64,000 nt of DNA from Ginglymostoma cirratum (GCA_024137785.1 JAHRHZ010000082.1:15462419-15526418); one strand, 5' to 3'; positions 1 to 14,250 are shown, counted from the first letter of the stretch. Notes: a model not told the origin generated them from the letters alone. Program-made: numbers and translations.

Positions 1-738
1 CTTCCCAATCTATCCTTAACCACCCCCTCCCCCCCCTGGGGTAACACGAAATTTTTTTAATGGTTTTGCTTACTCCTACCCCCCCCCCCCCCCCCCCCAA
101 CATGCTGAATATCCAAGTTACGTATTTATGCTTAAAACTTGAAATATTACGAGACTCGGGATGTCTTGATTAAATGCATTTACAATCTGCATCATAATAT
201 TTCAGTGCGTTCTTCCCAGTTAGCTAATGTAGTTTACTGGTATCTCTTATCGTGATGAAGCCTGACCCCAACAGCTTTGTTTCAGCTTCAAATGCAGTTT
301 CTTTTGCTGAATCTTGGAATCCATTTGATTATTACTATACGACTACCTCTTCAGTTCCTTTGCAGCAGAACTGTCACCCTCGACGCACCAACAATCGGAG
401 AAGGAACTCATGGGAAATTGTCAAATCCATGGAAATATTACTTCTCATGTTGAATTAAAAAGTGCTTTTGCTTCTAGGATTTGTCAAAATGGCTGTTGTA
501 AGAAGTAGAATATAATGAAGGATCTTTCACCGGCATATCTGAATATACTGTCATGACTGCACCGTCCCTAGTGAATATCAGCAATGACATGGGCGAAGCA
601 GATGCATTTAAATGCTTGTGTTTCTCCTGAGAAAGATTGCTGAAACATTCAGTAACTTTTATGTCATCTATTTAGATACAATGTGAGTGTGCGTGCATAT
701 ATTTTTGGTGTGTAGTATGAAAGTAATTGATATTTTCT

Positions 739-885
739 GAGTTATTGTTTCTGGTCTGGTGACCCTTCCTCGGAACTTCCTCAGTTCTGAGGAAGGGTCA
801 CTGGACCTGAAACGTTAACTCTGTTTTTTCCTTCACAGATGCTGCCAGACCTGCTGGGCTTTTCCAGCAACTCTGTTTTTGTTGT
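739..885 (+). mobile_element. Penelope-like element 3' end (family B) with hammerhead-like motif and short inverted arm
   Basis: ctgaggaagggtcactggacctgaaacgttaactctg...cagatgctgccagacctgctg, preceded by an inverted partial copy (ggtgacccttcctcggaact). The same end is attached to GIY-YIG sequence at 49045-49990. Confidence 0.7.
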
Positions 886-974
886 TGTTTATTTTCATTG
901 AACTTAACTTAAGGTCCTGTGCTTTTACTTGATGTATTGATCATCAAAGGATGTTTTGGCACATTGCAATCGCT

Positions 975-1160
975 TTCACTTCCCTTCGGTCCAACTCGTC
1001 CATGCTGACCAGATATCCTAAACTGATCTAGTCCCATTTGCCAGCATTTGACCGACATCCGTCTGAACTCTTCCAGTCATCCAGATGCCTTTTAAATGTT
1101 GTAATTGTACCCACCTGAACCACCACCTCTGGCAGCTCGTTCCATACAGGCACCACCCTT
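975..1160 (-). mobile_element. CR1-type LINE 3' fragment
   Basis: cccttcggtccaactcgtccatgctgaccagatatcctaaa...tcccatttgccagcatttg closely resembles the 3' end of the long CR1 at 43666-43880. Confidence 0.7.
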
Positions 1161-1519
1161 AAGCATGACCTGAGAGAAACCCATACCAGTGATTCTAAGG
1201 AATGAGATGGCCCTGTGATTGTGACAATCTTCTTTGTACTTATAAAATTAATGTTAATATTTGCAAAATAATATTTGTAAAAACTGATGCTTTTTGCAGT
1301 ATATGCACTGTCAAATAGATCGCATCCTCCATGAGAGTGATTATGAAGACATGGTAGGACAGGGTTTCTGTGGTTTGAAGAGTGAGTTCAGTAAGAATTC
1401 AATGTTATATTTTGAAACTGTACAAACAGACTGAGTTGGAGAATGATTTATACTGAGCACACATAGGAACTTCCTCATCAGCTGACTGTACAGGTTAGAG
1501 GAGACATTATATCACACCT

Positions 1520-1720
1520 GTAGACACAGAAACCAGAAGCAGAAGTAGGTTGTTTGGCCCATTGAACCCGCTCACTATTCAGCGTAATCACGGCTGATCC
1601 TCAACTTCAATGCCATACTCCTGCGCTTTCACTGTTTTCCTCAATATCTTTAGTTTCTAGAAATCTATTTCTTTCTCAAATGCATTATGACTTAATCCCT
1701 CACAACTTTCTATGGTAGAA
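1520..1720 (-). mobile_element. Old CR1-type LINE 3' fragment
   Basis: agaaaccagaagcagaagtaggttgtttggcccattgaacccgctc...atcacggctgatcc resembles the other CR1 3' UTR relics in the window. Confidence 0.5.
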
Positions 1721-1725
1721 ACCCT

Positions 1726-1865
1726 CAGTTCTGAGGAAGGGTCACCAGACCTGAAACATTAACTCTAATTTTTCCTTCACAGATGCTGCCAGACCTGCTG
1801 AGCTTTTCCAGCAACTTCTGTTTTTGTTCCTGATTTACAGCATCTTCAGTTCTTTCAGGTTTTAG
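1726..1865 (+). mobile_element. Penelope-like element 3' end (family B)
   Basis: Near-identical to 783-885 and 16696-16830: ctgaggaagggtcaccagacctgaaacattaact...cagcatcttcagttctt. Confidence 0.7.
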
Positions 1866-3719
1866 TTAGGAGTGAAGTCCTGTGTGTAGTCCTCATAAGA
1901 ATGAAGGATGATGAGCGAAATTCAAACCACACTACCAGTTACAATGAGGCTAAGGGAATCCAGTCCCTACGTAAGTTGTTGCTTCTCAAAATAAGACAGA
2001 GAAGAAATGTCTAAAAACAATTCTGTCATGTAGGCTGTCTCTGGCACGTCCATAACTGTACTTGCCTCGAACTGTTTCTGAAAGCTCCTCCTATTTTTTT
2101 TTCCTGCTGATGAGTATTGGGGAAAGCAACATCTCTGCTGCTGGTACCTAATTTGATGCCCATTTAAGTTCATTTAACCTGCGGTATGGCAAACATTTTG
2201 TGGCCATAAACACTGATCTCAATCCACACACAACGATCAATTTTAAAATAAAACAACTTCTGACTAAGTAACACGCTAAAGTTAAAGATTTAATTAACTT
2301 CAGTTGATGTTTTTTGAAATAACTATCATCAATTATTATTCTAAAGGTAAATATGCGGCATTCTATTAGAACAATGTTTGCTGTTGATGCATCCTTAACC
2401 TTGAGTGTAATCTATTTGTAAAAGGTTGTGGTAAATCGGGTGCAGTGGAGAAAAGGACCCTGTTTTCAATGTTCAGATACTAACTTCCTTTTGAAGACTG
2501 TTCTGTAGGACAAGCAACAAGAAATCATTCATGCATCTGCTGAAAATATCACAGTTTAAGCATCACTCTGATTCCAGAACTATAAAGCCAAAAATTATTC
2601 CAATCTTATTACGGCAAATGTGTACAAATTTTAAAATTCCAATTCTGAAATAAAACATTCTACCCTCTATCCACCAGGACTGATATGCCATAAGCTTCCA
2701 TGTAAAATCCCTTGCATCTGGAAAATTTGTGGCTATGCCACTTGTACCACTCATTCTCCCACAGCAGAATTGTACCTTCATCTGATGTCTCACTTTCTTT
2801 AAAAAGGAGCAAGGTATAGATAAATTCCTGAAGTTGCTTAGATCGGTCCTAAGAAATTGCTGTATGTGTTGAGTTTTTCTTCTTGGTGATTTAAAAGTTT
2901 TAGATTTATATGCATGTCCTATCAAATCCAATGTTTAGATGTTATAAATTATATCTACCGACAAATCCAATTTAGCATTTAGATGTCTAATTGATTGCTG
3001 TATTAAAATTAAACATTCGCTTCACACTATCCTTGTTTGAATTTTATTATTCACAGAGCCAACTAGAGGATAAATTTTAAATATCTGGTTGATGTATTAT
3101 CTGTGTTGTGCATAGTAGTGTCTGAGAGTTAGGGTTACTCAAATATGTGGAGAAAATAGGGCAAAGATGACTTCCAATGCAAAGAAAAGGTGATGTATAT
3201 TTTCTCCCCGTACTTGTTAGCCATAGTTTCCTCTTGGTGATATTAACGGCTGCTCTTAATTAAAGACAACAGCAATAAAAAACTTTAGCAGGGCAGTCCA
3301 ATCCAGTTTTCCTGCGTTTTGAACAGGTGAAATGACAGATATAGCTTATGAAAGCGTGTAGTCCGTTTTAAGAAATCCAGAGTTTCATGGTTTCAATTTG
3401 CAGTAGTTCAGTGTGGTCCACATGAGATTTGACTGACCTTTAGACGGTTGTACAATTCAACTTAAATCAGATTTAACTTTAAATTTCTAGTAAACAAGGG
3501 AGGCAACTAAATTGGATACTAAATCTGGACCAACACAAGCTGAATGGATGCCAATTAACTATATAAACAAGTTTATTTTTCCGTGGAATTTGAAGCTATT
3601 GTGATGTTTTTCATAGTTTTAAAGAAGTACGAGGTGTCCTGTGGTTAGTTTAAAAATGTAGCTTAAAGAAAAATTGCCTATGGTCCATGTTTGTATCTGC
3701 TGCATAATTTAGGTATCAA

Positions 3720-4095
3720 TCATGGCTAAGTGGTAGCATTCACACTTCTGAGTCACTCTTGGATTCACTGCCCATTTCAGAAGATTGTGTATATACACCA
3801 TGCTGACATTTCAGTTTAGTAGTGAAGATGTGGAGGTGCTATCTTTTGCAAGAGATGTTAAGCCAAAGTCCCTGCTATCCTCTGAGTTTACCTACTGTGC
3901 TAGTCAACATTTATCTTTCACTCTTCATTAAAACATATGCTGTGATCATTTATTTCATTGCTGTTTTATGGGTCTATGCAATTGCACAGCCACATTAACA
4001 CTTGAACACTTTAACACTTTAAAAAAGTTAATTGCCTTTAAGGCACTTTGGAACACATGGAGGCTATGAAAGGCAGTATATAAATGCACAGTCTT
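3720..4095 (+). mobile_element. Degenerate tRNA-derived SINE, DeuSINE/SacSINE1-like
   Basis: tRNA-like head (ggctaagtggtagca...ctgagtca), central ggaggtgctatcttttgcaagagatgttaagcc, and L2-like tail (gcactttgg...tgaaaggcagtatataaatgca). Related copy at 16930-17250. Family named from memory. Confidence 0.5.
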
Positions 4096-5887
4096 TAATG
4101 TTTAAAATTAAGCATAATAGTTTTAAAAAATGCTATATATTTTGGCTGGATAATTTGTCGTGTCAAATGCTGAATTTCCTCATGCTCCCTTGCCCCTCAT
4201 TTGTATAAATTTACACTCAATTATTTTTTATTAAATAATGGTTCACGAATATCCTTAAGGGAAAGAAACCAATATCCTTACCTGGTCCGGCCTACATGTG
4301 ACTCCAGTCCTGCAGCAATATAGTTGACTCTTAAAACTGTCATCTGGGCAGTTAGGAAGGGCAATAAATGCTGGCCTACCCAGCAATGCCCTCATCCTGT
4401 AATATGGATTCGAAGTGTGTTTTTCACTCTTTTGGTTTTAGTTGCATTTAATTGCAAAGGTTAAACATAAATGCATAATAACACAACAGAAGTGCTATGA
4501 AGTGAAGAGCTCTGTTCATAACCTTTCAATTTTTTGGGAATATGCAGGTATGACTCTCCAGATGAAAGAGTTCAAACCTTTCAATATATTTTGTAGAATC
4601 TACAGAAGTTAAATACATAAAACATTTTTGAATAGATTTAAACATGGATGTGCTGATTTTATTTTGTACATGAACATCAATTCTGAAAGCAAACAGCATA
4701 TTTGCCAGTCCTGGATAATTGGAATTTTTGACTTGAGTGATGTACAATGCTATTCTTTCTTTGCTGGTTGCTCACGATTTCTGTGCCCATTTTGTTTTCA
4801 GGCAAGTGGTTTTCATGAGACCGCAATCCAAAAAATATTTGAATGAAGATACTTTTTTGCTCATCTAATTAGTTTTCTTCAAGGAACTTCTTCAACCATT
4901 TCATATCCTCCTTCTATTCCTGTGCTAGAAGGATGGGTTTACATTTAACTATGCCTAATATATCTTCAGGATGCCCCAAAATGCTTCATAGTTGATGGTA
5001 ACACTAATCTTCTATCCCTGAATCCCACCTGAATTTAAAATTCTATTTGATGTTTTTTGATTGGAATAAAATCCATTAAATCTATTCTGCACACATTTAG
5101 TTTTGAGGTGAACAATCCCAAATAAAGCTTCCTGAACAAGAGGGCGTTGCAAAATTTCTCCCTTAGTTGTCTAAGCTTGATCCATCAAAATGTTGATATC
5201 TGGACTGTTAACTTATAGAATCCTTTGGGCTGCATGCTTGTCACTGAATGCATATTGTAAATGCCACATGTAGAACAACTGAATTGAATGCAACATGCTC
5301 AGTGTAGAAAAGTGGTAATTTATTGCATTTTCTGTGAGGTCCCATTTGACATGTTTTCAAAGGTACTTTTAGATATTATGAATAAAGTACATTTATGCTA
5401 ACAAAAATCCTGGCATCTCTCATCATTGAACACAGAACGTATGGCAAAACAATTGCACAACAACCATGCACTGCAATTTCTCTATGGATACCCCTACTCA
5501 TTATTAGTCTCATTCGTAACTAGATAAATAACAACTATACAAATATCTTGGGCCTAATGATTTATCTTTGTTCCTAAATATTCTTGTGTTCTTTTCATCT
5601 AGTTCCGTTCACTGAAAGCAGAAAAAAAATGGTGCTTTAGACTAAATACACAATGACAGTAAGAACTTGTCATTTGGCGGGAAACTACATATGGCAAAGC
5701 AACATGTTAGAATCATAGAATGTATCTTGAGATTGGTGAAAGGTAGAGATTACCTTTAGGCCAGTGATCTGCAACTTAATTATGTAAGTAAGATCCCAAG
5801 TTGCACCATAGGAACATGTGTTCCATGTGTCCTTGGAATGGCTTTTTGAGCAGTCTGAAATGATGTGAGTACAGTTGAGGGTACCAG

Positions 5888-7270
5888 TAGAATCACAGAA
5901 TGATATAATACTGAAAGAGGCCATTCTGCCTGTTAGAGAAAGCAAGAACTGCAGATGCTGGAGTCCAAGACACTAGTGTGGAGCTGGAGGAACACAGCAG
6001 AACACAACCAGGCAGCATCAAAGGACCAGGAAAGTTGACGTTTCAGGTTGGGGCCCTCATTCAGAAATGGGGAGGGGTGAGAGAGCTGGGAAATAAATAG
6101 AGGAAGGAGGGTTGGGGCTGGAGAAGGTAGGTGGGATGGTGATAGGTGAATGCAGTTAGGGAGTATCCACTGCTCCTGATGTGGCCCCCCCTTGCATCAC
6201 TGAAACCAAGCGTAGACTCGGAGATCATTTCGTAGAGCATCTGCGTTCTGTACACAACAAACGACAATTCCTTCCAGTCGCCAACCATTTTAACTCCCTG
6301 GCCCACTCTTTGGGTGACATGTCCATCCAGGGCCTCCTCCAGTGTCACTATAACACCACCTGCAAACTGGAGGAGCAACACCCTGTATTCCACCCCAGGA
6401 GCCATAGCCCGATTGCCTAAACATGGAATTCACAAGTTTTAAAATCTCCCCACCCCCGGCCTTATCCCACATCCAACCCTCCCTCTCATCCCCATCTCCT
6501 TGACCTGATACAACCTGTCCATCTTTTTTTCCACCTATCCGCCACTCCTACCTCACTGACTAATCCCCACCGCTCGTTACCTGCATTCACCTATCACCAT
6601 CCCACCTACCTTCCCCAGCCCCACTCCTCCTGTCTCTATTTGTTTCCCAGCTCCCTTCCCCCTCTCCATTTCTGAAGAAGGGTCCTGACCGGGAACGTCA
6701 ACTTTCCCGCTCCTTTGATGCTGCCTGGCCTGCTGTGTTCCTCCAGCTCTACACTGTGTTGGTTCTGCCTATTATGTCAACTCTTTGGAAAATGTATCCA
6801 ATCAGTCTCAATCTCCTTTCATTTTACTAGAAACCTGTGATTTTTTTTTCCTTCAAATATGTTTTCAGTTCCTTTTTTGAATGTTACTATTGAATCAGCC
6901 ATCACTATACTTTCAGATAATGCATTTCAAAGCATCATGGTTAATGTAATTGTAATCTTTTTCCCCTCATGTCTCCATTGGTTCTTTGCCATTAGTCTTT
7001 AATCTGTGTTCGCTTGTTACTGATTCTTCTGCCTTTGGGAATTGTTCTCCTTATTTACTTGAACAAGATCTTTGATTTTGAACACTTCTACTTGAAGGAA
7101 AGCATCGTCAAGTTCTCTGATCTCTCCATGCAACTGGAGTCTCTCATTGCTGTATGAGTGAATCTCTCTGTACCTTCTTTAAGATCTTTGCACACTTTCT
7201 ATGTTGTGGTGCCTGAATTGTACACTGTTTGAGACCTCACCAGCATTTTATAAAAGTTTAATATAATTTT
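5888..7270 (-). mobile_element. Old CR1-type LINE fragment interrupted by a Penelope-like fold-back
   Basis: agaatcacagaat...gaggccattctgcct resumes after 6774 as CR1 3' UTR/ORF2-like decayed sequence. Confidence 0.5.
5936..6762. mobile_element. Penelope-like fold-back insertion with GIY-YIG C-terminal remnant
   Basis: About 230 bp of inverted arms. The middle encodes ETKRRLGDHFVEHLRSV...VANHFNS (ORF 6181-6420). TSD ttctgcct(g/a)tta at 5924-5935 and 6763-6774. Confidence 0.85.
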
Positions 7271-7369
7271 TGAACAGCCTTTGAACTTGTTCCACCATCT
7301 TCATTAAATTCTACTTGCTTATTTCACCAGTCTGATTGTGTCCCCCTGAACTCTGTTAGTATAAAAGGG

Positions 7370-8102
7370 TAAAGTGGCAGCAGCAGGATAGGGAGTGTTC
7401 AGGCTCCTGGCCCGTCTGCTTCCACCACCAGGCCTACCACATACTTTCTTTAATTGTTTTTCTAACATCAAGTCCATCTAAAATTCTGGTGGCTTCAGGT
7501 AAGGATGGCAGCTCTGAGAGGCTGCTGCAACAGAGAATGTGGTGTAGATCTGGCCGACTCTCATGACTGCATCCTGGTGGGACCCTCAATTACACTGCGT
7601 CGGCAGTGACTGAAGACAAGGTGGGTCCCAGCGCGGGATTCCACTGTCTGGCCTGGGACTCCTTTCGGCAGTTTTGACCGTACTTTTTGTTGGCATCGGT
7701 CTGTGATTCCATGCGGCATTTTCTTCGGCGTCATGGGGATCCAGCCCGTGATTCCAATGTGGAGGTCAGGTCCTCAAGCCCGGAGCTGTGAAAAGGACTA
7801 AGATGAAGTTTGTCTTAAAGTCTCATTTGTTAAAATTTCTTTTTTATTATTATACATTTGTGGAAGGACTGATTTCCGAACTCTCTCTTTTACTAATTTA
7901 TTACAATGATTTTGTACTGATGAAGGTCTGCAATGCTGGACTTTTTATTTCTTTATTTTTCCGTTTTTCCCCTAAGAATTTGTACTCCAGAATCTGTAGC
8001 TAAGTACCTTTGCACCTAAGATGGCGCCTTTAAGTGGCAACTTTGTAAACATTTCACTGTATTCATGTGAGTACATGAATCAATAAAGCTCTTTCTAATT
8101 CT
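7370..8102 (+). mobile_element. Unclassified GC-richer non-coding repeat with LINE-like 3' tail
   Basis: Compositional shift from the flanks. Ends with tttcactgtattcatgtgagtacatgaatcaataaa plus a short ttcta-type tail. Contains aagatggcgcc. No coding capacity seen. Confidence 0.35.
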
Positions 8103-9496
8103 ATCCACCTCAGTCTGTACGAATGACACAAAACTCAAAATTATAGTAAGTGTCAACACTAAGGTCTGTATAGCCAATCTAGGAGTTGAAACATTCAAAG
8201 CGGTGGTCAGACCTCAAATCCTTATGTTTCTTGTGGAGATTCTTTAGACAACTTTCTCAAATTTTTTAATAAACCAAGATCAATTGAAAGCTGAGACTCG
8301 TCTTAAAAGCAGCAGAGAAGATGCTGCCAATACCTTGTGTGTAGAGTTACTTTGCAATATCAAGTTGATCAAATTCAAACCAGACATTGATTTATATTGG
8401 AAGGACACAGAAGTTGAGATAAAACGGATAGAATGAATAATTAATTCTTTTTGGAAAGGTTAGATTTGTATTTTATGTTCATTTTACTAGTCTACCTGAC
8501 TGGTAAATTAACCATCGAGGGTTCTGACTTCTTTTAATACCTAGCTTTTCAATAAAAATAATATTGAGTGAGAGAATTGCACTGGCTTCTCTGCTTAACT
8601 TTAGAAATTTTGCAAAAACATTTCTTTGCAGATGTTGTTTAATGGAAAACACATGCATGGTTTGTAATATGTGAAAGATGTCCACTGCTCACCAAGTCAA
8701 TGAAAAGCAAATACTTTAGGTATGGGTAACTTGGTCCTGCAGTTATTTACAACAAAAGTATGATGCTGAATAAAGTGAGTGATACAGAAGGGGTGGGGTG
8801 TCATTATATTTGTTGTGCTAATTTAAAATAAAATTCATGGATCTTATTCATGCTAGAAATATTCTTGACCATTTAATGTTTTTTTTCTTAAAACCTGGTG
8901 TCTAGCAACTGCTGCTTTTGTTTGATCTTTGAGTCATGGTATGAGTAAAGATAGCTCATGCGAGTGGTTTTAATTACAAACAGCCTAAATCTATAAGCAT
9001 CAAATGCAGAAGAAAGGAAGAAACCCTTTGCCACATTCATAGCATTACCTTTTCAAGAGATCTTTCATTCAACAGTGAAGGATTTACTAGATATTTGAAA
9101 ATCGGTTTGATTAAATAAATTACAACTGCAACTGAGGGTAAGTGACATATGCAAGCTTAACACTTTTAGAACCACATAAGCATTATCGGTCTGACGTAAA
9201 ATTAGATTCCTTGGCAGCACAATCTCCATTTTTTTCAACTCTATGCTATTTCCAGGAATAGAAGTTTCATGGTTTGTGATGGTAAAATGTTAAGTGTTTG
9301 AAATTTGCAAAGAGCATTAATGAGTAAAAACACAGTTGTTGAGGAAGGAACAATTGTTTGGAAAACCAAATCAAAAGTTACAATGTGGCCCAATTAGAAG
9401 ATTCATTTGTCCTAAATACCACCTTAATTATTTAATGTTGGTTTTAATTCTGTTATACTTTCTTTCATAATATTATCGAAATACATTTATATTTGT

Positions 9497-9628
9497 GATA
9501 ACAAGGTGTAGAGCTGGATGAACACAGCAGGCCAAGCTTGACGTTTCGGGCCTAGACCCTTCTGTGTTCATCCATCTCCACACCTTGTTATCTCGGATTC
9601 TCCAGCATCTGCAGTTCCTGTTATCTCG
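9497..9628. mobile_element. Miniature Penelope-like fold-back (family A)
   Basis: gataacaaggtgtagagctggatgaacacag pairs with ctgtgttcatccatctccacaccttgttatc. The right arm carries the tail. TSD ttatatttgt at 9487-9496 and 9633-9642. Confidence 0.85.
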
Positions 9629-12275
9629 ACAGTTATATTTGTACCGTTTCTACTTTACCAAGCACCTCCCGACCCTTTGGCAGTGGCATAAGGTTGATGG
9701 AGTGGATGTACAAAATCTATAAATTTCATATATTTTTACTGGCTTTGAAGACTGTTCTTAGTTTCTGTGTATATATTATTTTGATGTATTGTATTTTCGA
9801 TACAATTATTCCATAACAGTTGTTGTTGCTTCAATTTAAACCAAGTAGTATCACTCCAATTCACTGAGTGAGATAGCAGTTATTTTGTACAATGAAATTC
9901 TGATTTTGTGCAGTGCTACAACTGCTGAATTTGCGTCCTGTGTTTCAAGATGTCTTTGAAGCATGAAGTTGTTTTTTTAGATTTTGATAAATGCCGAATG
10001 TGCTCATGTGTTGAGATGATGGTGGTGAATGCCAAAAGCTTTTTTTGGTTCATAAGCTCATATGAACACAAAACGTTGCTCTTTTATACAAGCTCTTGCA
10101 AATATGTCGCCCTTTATGACATTATTGTGCACCTTTAAAAGAACATGAACTGATTGAATTGAACCGATATCCTTGTTAATAAGGAGTATAACTGAATTGA
10201 CATTGAGTGCGCTGTCCCTCAAATGACATGTTAATTTTATGAAATTATTCTCAATTTGTCGTTACTTTTAGTGTTAACCTCTGAAGCCCTTGGATGCTGT
10301 TGTAAACTCACTCAGTTGTCTTTGAGTTATGGGTCAATTTTCTGACATTTTCTTGGCGAGGTCTGTCAGCATGGGGAAGCATAGTGTTACTGCTGCTTGG
10401 TGTGATATATACATGCTACCTTCTTCAGTTGCTCGTTAAGATCAGTTTTCCAGTGCAATTTGACTTTGCACAGTTAGGGCATTTCTTAACCGTTCTTAAA
10501 AAGGGCTTCAGACTCCTCTCTTGGGAATTTGAACTTGCTTATCTAAGATGACACACTGTTGCATTGTTCAAGGTACTGTCCTTTAGAAAAGATGTTAAAT
10601 TAATATGCTGTCTAATTATTGTACTGTTTTCAAGTTATTTTTACTATTTGAAGAACAGCAAGTCCTACAGTTTTGACAAAAACCTCAACCAGTCACACCT
10701 AAAACAGTTCAAAGCATGTTACTGCATCTGGAACAACTGTGGGAGGTTCTGTGACATTTAGTACAATACGACAGAAAGTCAAGTCCTCCTTTCATTTTGC
10801 TCTCTTTTGGCTCTTGAAGCATCACAAAAGAAAATAAAGAATACAGTCTGAACATCCAACATTAAAAGTTTTTTAATGCATCTACATTTAGAATTTTTCT
10901 GTGGTGCCTTTTTTGTACAGGATTTGAAGATGAAAGAACACTATCATTTTGCATAGCTGTTACTGAAGAGTTTTTGTACTTTCTGAACAGGAAAACAAAG
11001 GCTTCTGACATGGTTTGGTCATTAGATGCTGATCTATTAGATACTTGGTTGTTCTTCAGAAAGTAACTCCATCCCTTACTTGAACATGCAACTGTAAAAC
11101 TAACTGTGATGACCCAAGATGGAATAATGGCTTAGTCAATGTGTTGTACAATGCACTTCCTCCAGCCACAGCAATACATGAAACAACTGTGAGCCACATC
11201 ACTGGGGTTATTCTGCTCGGTTTTGATTTTTTTTTTATCACACAAAGATAGTCCCCCATCTCAAATAAAAGCAGTGGAAAAAGCATTTCCTATAGCTGGA
11301 TAATTATAAACTCATATGTGCAAATATGGTTTAAATTTCCATATCTGTCTTGTAAGACAAATTATGGCATTGTTTGCTAAGCAACAGAAAGTGGCCTACT
11401 GTGTGATACTTCCAATTAGTGACTGGTGAAATGGTTTATCATGATATTGTCCCCTTTCTGCTTTGTTTCTTGTGATAATTTATGAAAGGATCCAGAATAC
11501 CTCGAACTGTACATGTGACCATCTGGATGCTTTTGATCATTTGAAACTTAATGCAATATGTTGCCCACTATTCTTTTTAAGACCTGCAGCAAAATTTATC
11601 CCTGACGATAAAAACATTCTCCCAACCCTCAGAGAACACTGTGAATCCTGAATAATCTGAATTTAGAAGTATTTAGAGCATCAATTTCTCAAAGTTTGCA
11701 TCATATACTGGGTGAGAATAATGGATGTTCAAGCTAGTCAATCAGGTTTAATAACGCAATTGTAAATAAGTTCTACTATGGTGGCTAAGGGAACTGATGA
11801 AGAAAGTATCCTTGGTCTGAGGTATTCTGCAACGGACAGTGTAAACATCGTGGCATATATCTTGATGTTACTAGTGATGATGTCACATTTTGGTACTATA
11901 TGCTGCTGAGGGTTTAGTGTAGTACATTAATGCTAATATTCCATTAACTTTGGCTTGTCAGTTAAAGTTGCAGTATAACAGGACTGAGAGTTGTTAGTTA
12001 GACCATATGGGATATTTGAGTGACAGTGGAATTGGGTTTAATGTTCTAATGATCGTCTGCATACAGCTCACTAAAATGTGTGACACTGAACCTGCCAAGA
12101 AATTGCAGCACAACTAATACTCTGTGTATATTATGCACACTGACAAATTCTAGTACTCTGGGATTGGAAATTGGTGTTATCTTGTTCATGTACCATAGTG
12201 ATATATGGTGTTATAGTTTGTTCAGGATTCTGCAAGGCCACTTGTTTCTTATCTCCCAGCTTCTTGTTCTCCACT

Positions 12276-12674
12276 GGCATGGTAGCTCAGTGGTTAGCGC
12301 TGCTGCCTCACAGCACCACGGACCTGGGTTCGATTCCACCCTCAGGTGACCGTCTGTGTGGAGTTTGCACATTCTCCCTGTGTCTGCGTGGGTTTCCTCT
12401 GGGTGCTCCAGTTTCCTCCCACAGTCCAAAGATGTGCAGATTAGGTGACTTGGCTGTGCTAAATTGTCCATAGTGTCTGGGGTTGTTTAGGTTAGATGGG
12501 TTAGACATGGGAAATGCAGGGGTAGGGGAATGGGTCTGGGTGGAATGCTGTTTGGACGGGCAATGTGGACTTGTTGGGCTTCTGGGTGGGATGCTGTTCG
12601 GAGGGGTGGTGTGCACTTATTGGGCCGAATGGCCTGTTTCATACTGTGGGGATTCTATGGATTGTATGAATCTA
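12276..12674 (+). mobile_element. tRNA-derived SINE (HE1/V-SINE type)
   Basis: A box (ggtagctcagtggttagc), B box (gggttcgattcc), V-domain gtgtggagtttgcacattctccctgtgtctgcgtgggtttcc, CR1-like tail. Part of the 3' segment is duplicated. Confidence 0.9.
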
Positions 12675-13717
12675 GTGACAGTGTAAGTTAAGCTTCATGT
12701 TCTTGTATATGATTTTTAGTTTTTCTGACCAACTTTAATTCATAAATGGCATAATTGTATTTGAAGTACCTGTAAGTCTATTGCATTTACATTTGGTCAT
12801 GTTGCTTGAAGAAGTTAACAGCTAGAAAGTTAAGATCAGAAACAGCAGGTCAACTGGAGACGTGGTGTCTACATTGCTTGCTGTAATGACAGTCCAGAGA
12901 AATTCCTTTAAGAGTTAAAGTTAGTTAAAATTACTCAGTGAACTCTGGAAGACTGTAATATTCGTTTATTTCATCAGATCAAAGAAGAACTTGTAAATGA
13001 GGGATACTTACTCTAATAGTCAGATTAAGGATAGCTCAGAGTAGTCTACTTTATCATGAAACTTAAGGTTCTCTGAATTCAATTTATTTACTGTTTGTGG
13101 GAAAATTAGTTACATTTTGGAGCCAAGAGAGTACTGAAACAGAAGAGGTGGCTCGAGGTGGCATAAGTGCTACTGTTAGCATATTTCAGGCAGTTAAAAT
13201 GCAAGAAAACTCCCAAGGAATGGTGGCTGTGATAATTCTGTGCAGCTGAAATTGGTGTGAAGGAAACCTAGAAACGATATTCGTTTCATGCAGTTGTGAA
13301 GTATAGTTACAGCTCAGTGAAGCTAGCTGTTTAACGAAAGCTGAAACCGTGTGGGTAATTAGACATGTGATCAATCTAAAGAATCGTCGGGAACTCTGCC
13401 TTGGGAGAAGAAATTGAGCTACCAATATATAAACAGCAAGTCAATCCAAGTCAATGAGGCTTTGAGGACATTCCAAAACAATATCTTCAAAATTGAAGAA
13501 TTGTAATCCCTTGTGAAGGAGACAAGTTTTGAATGAGATTTGATGACTGATTGTGTCACTAAAGTCATTTAAAATGCTGTCTGTGGGCTACTGTGTTTAC
13601 TCATATTTTCCTCATATTAGTTCTGCATGTTGGAATCTAAATTGCATATATTGTGTATATGGTTTTGAATCATTGTCTGTCTTGTTCAGTGCAGCTATTT
13701 AGTCATGTTTGTTTTCA

Positions 13718-14026
13718 CATAGAATCCCTACAGTGTGGAAACAGGCTCTTCAGCCCAACAAGTCCACACTAACCCCTGGAGCATCCCACCCAGACCCATC
13801 CCCCCATAACCCACACACCCCTGAACAACTACGGGCAATTAAATTGGCCAATCCACCTAGCCTGCACATCTTTGGACTGTGGGAAGAAATCGGAGCTCCC
13901 GGAGGAAACCCACGCAGACACATTCTCCCATGTGCAAATTCCGCACAGACAGTCGCCCGAGGTGGGAATCGAACCCGGGTCCCTGGTGCTGTGAGGCTAC
14001 AGTGCTAACCACAGAGCCACCGTGCC
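13718..14026 (-). mobile_element. tRNA-derived SINE (HE1/V-SINE type)
   Basis: Reverse complement of the same family as 12276-12674 and 40914-41214. Confidence 0.9.
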
Positions 14027-14250
14027 TCCCGTTTTTATATGGTAAAAATTCTTTTGGTGTTTCAATGTAATCTTGGCCTCTTGCCACTTGTTTTCTTACT
14101 CTTGGTTCTCTTACAAACTATAATCTTTAAAGAATTATGGTCAAGTCAGATTGTAGCCTATATTGTCTCATACTTGGATCATAACAATATTTTTGCCATT
14201 ATTCTAGCTTTGCCAAGATGTAAAGAATATATGTTTTGAAAACGAGGTTT

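Noticed and set aside
20-98. Poly-C tracts (G-quadruplex potential on the minus strand)
   Set aside because: Simple homopolymers with no supporting context.
10130-10500. Repeat-free intronic stretch that might be a conserved non-coding element
   Set aside because: Conservation cannot be judged from a single sequence.
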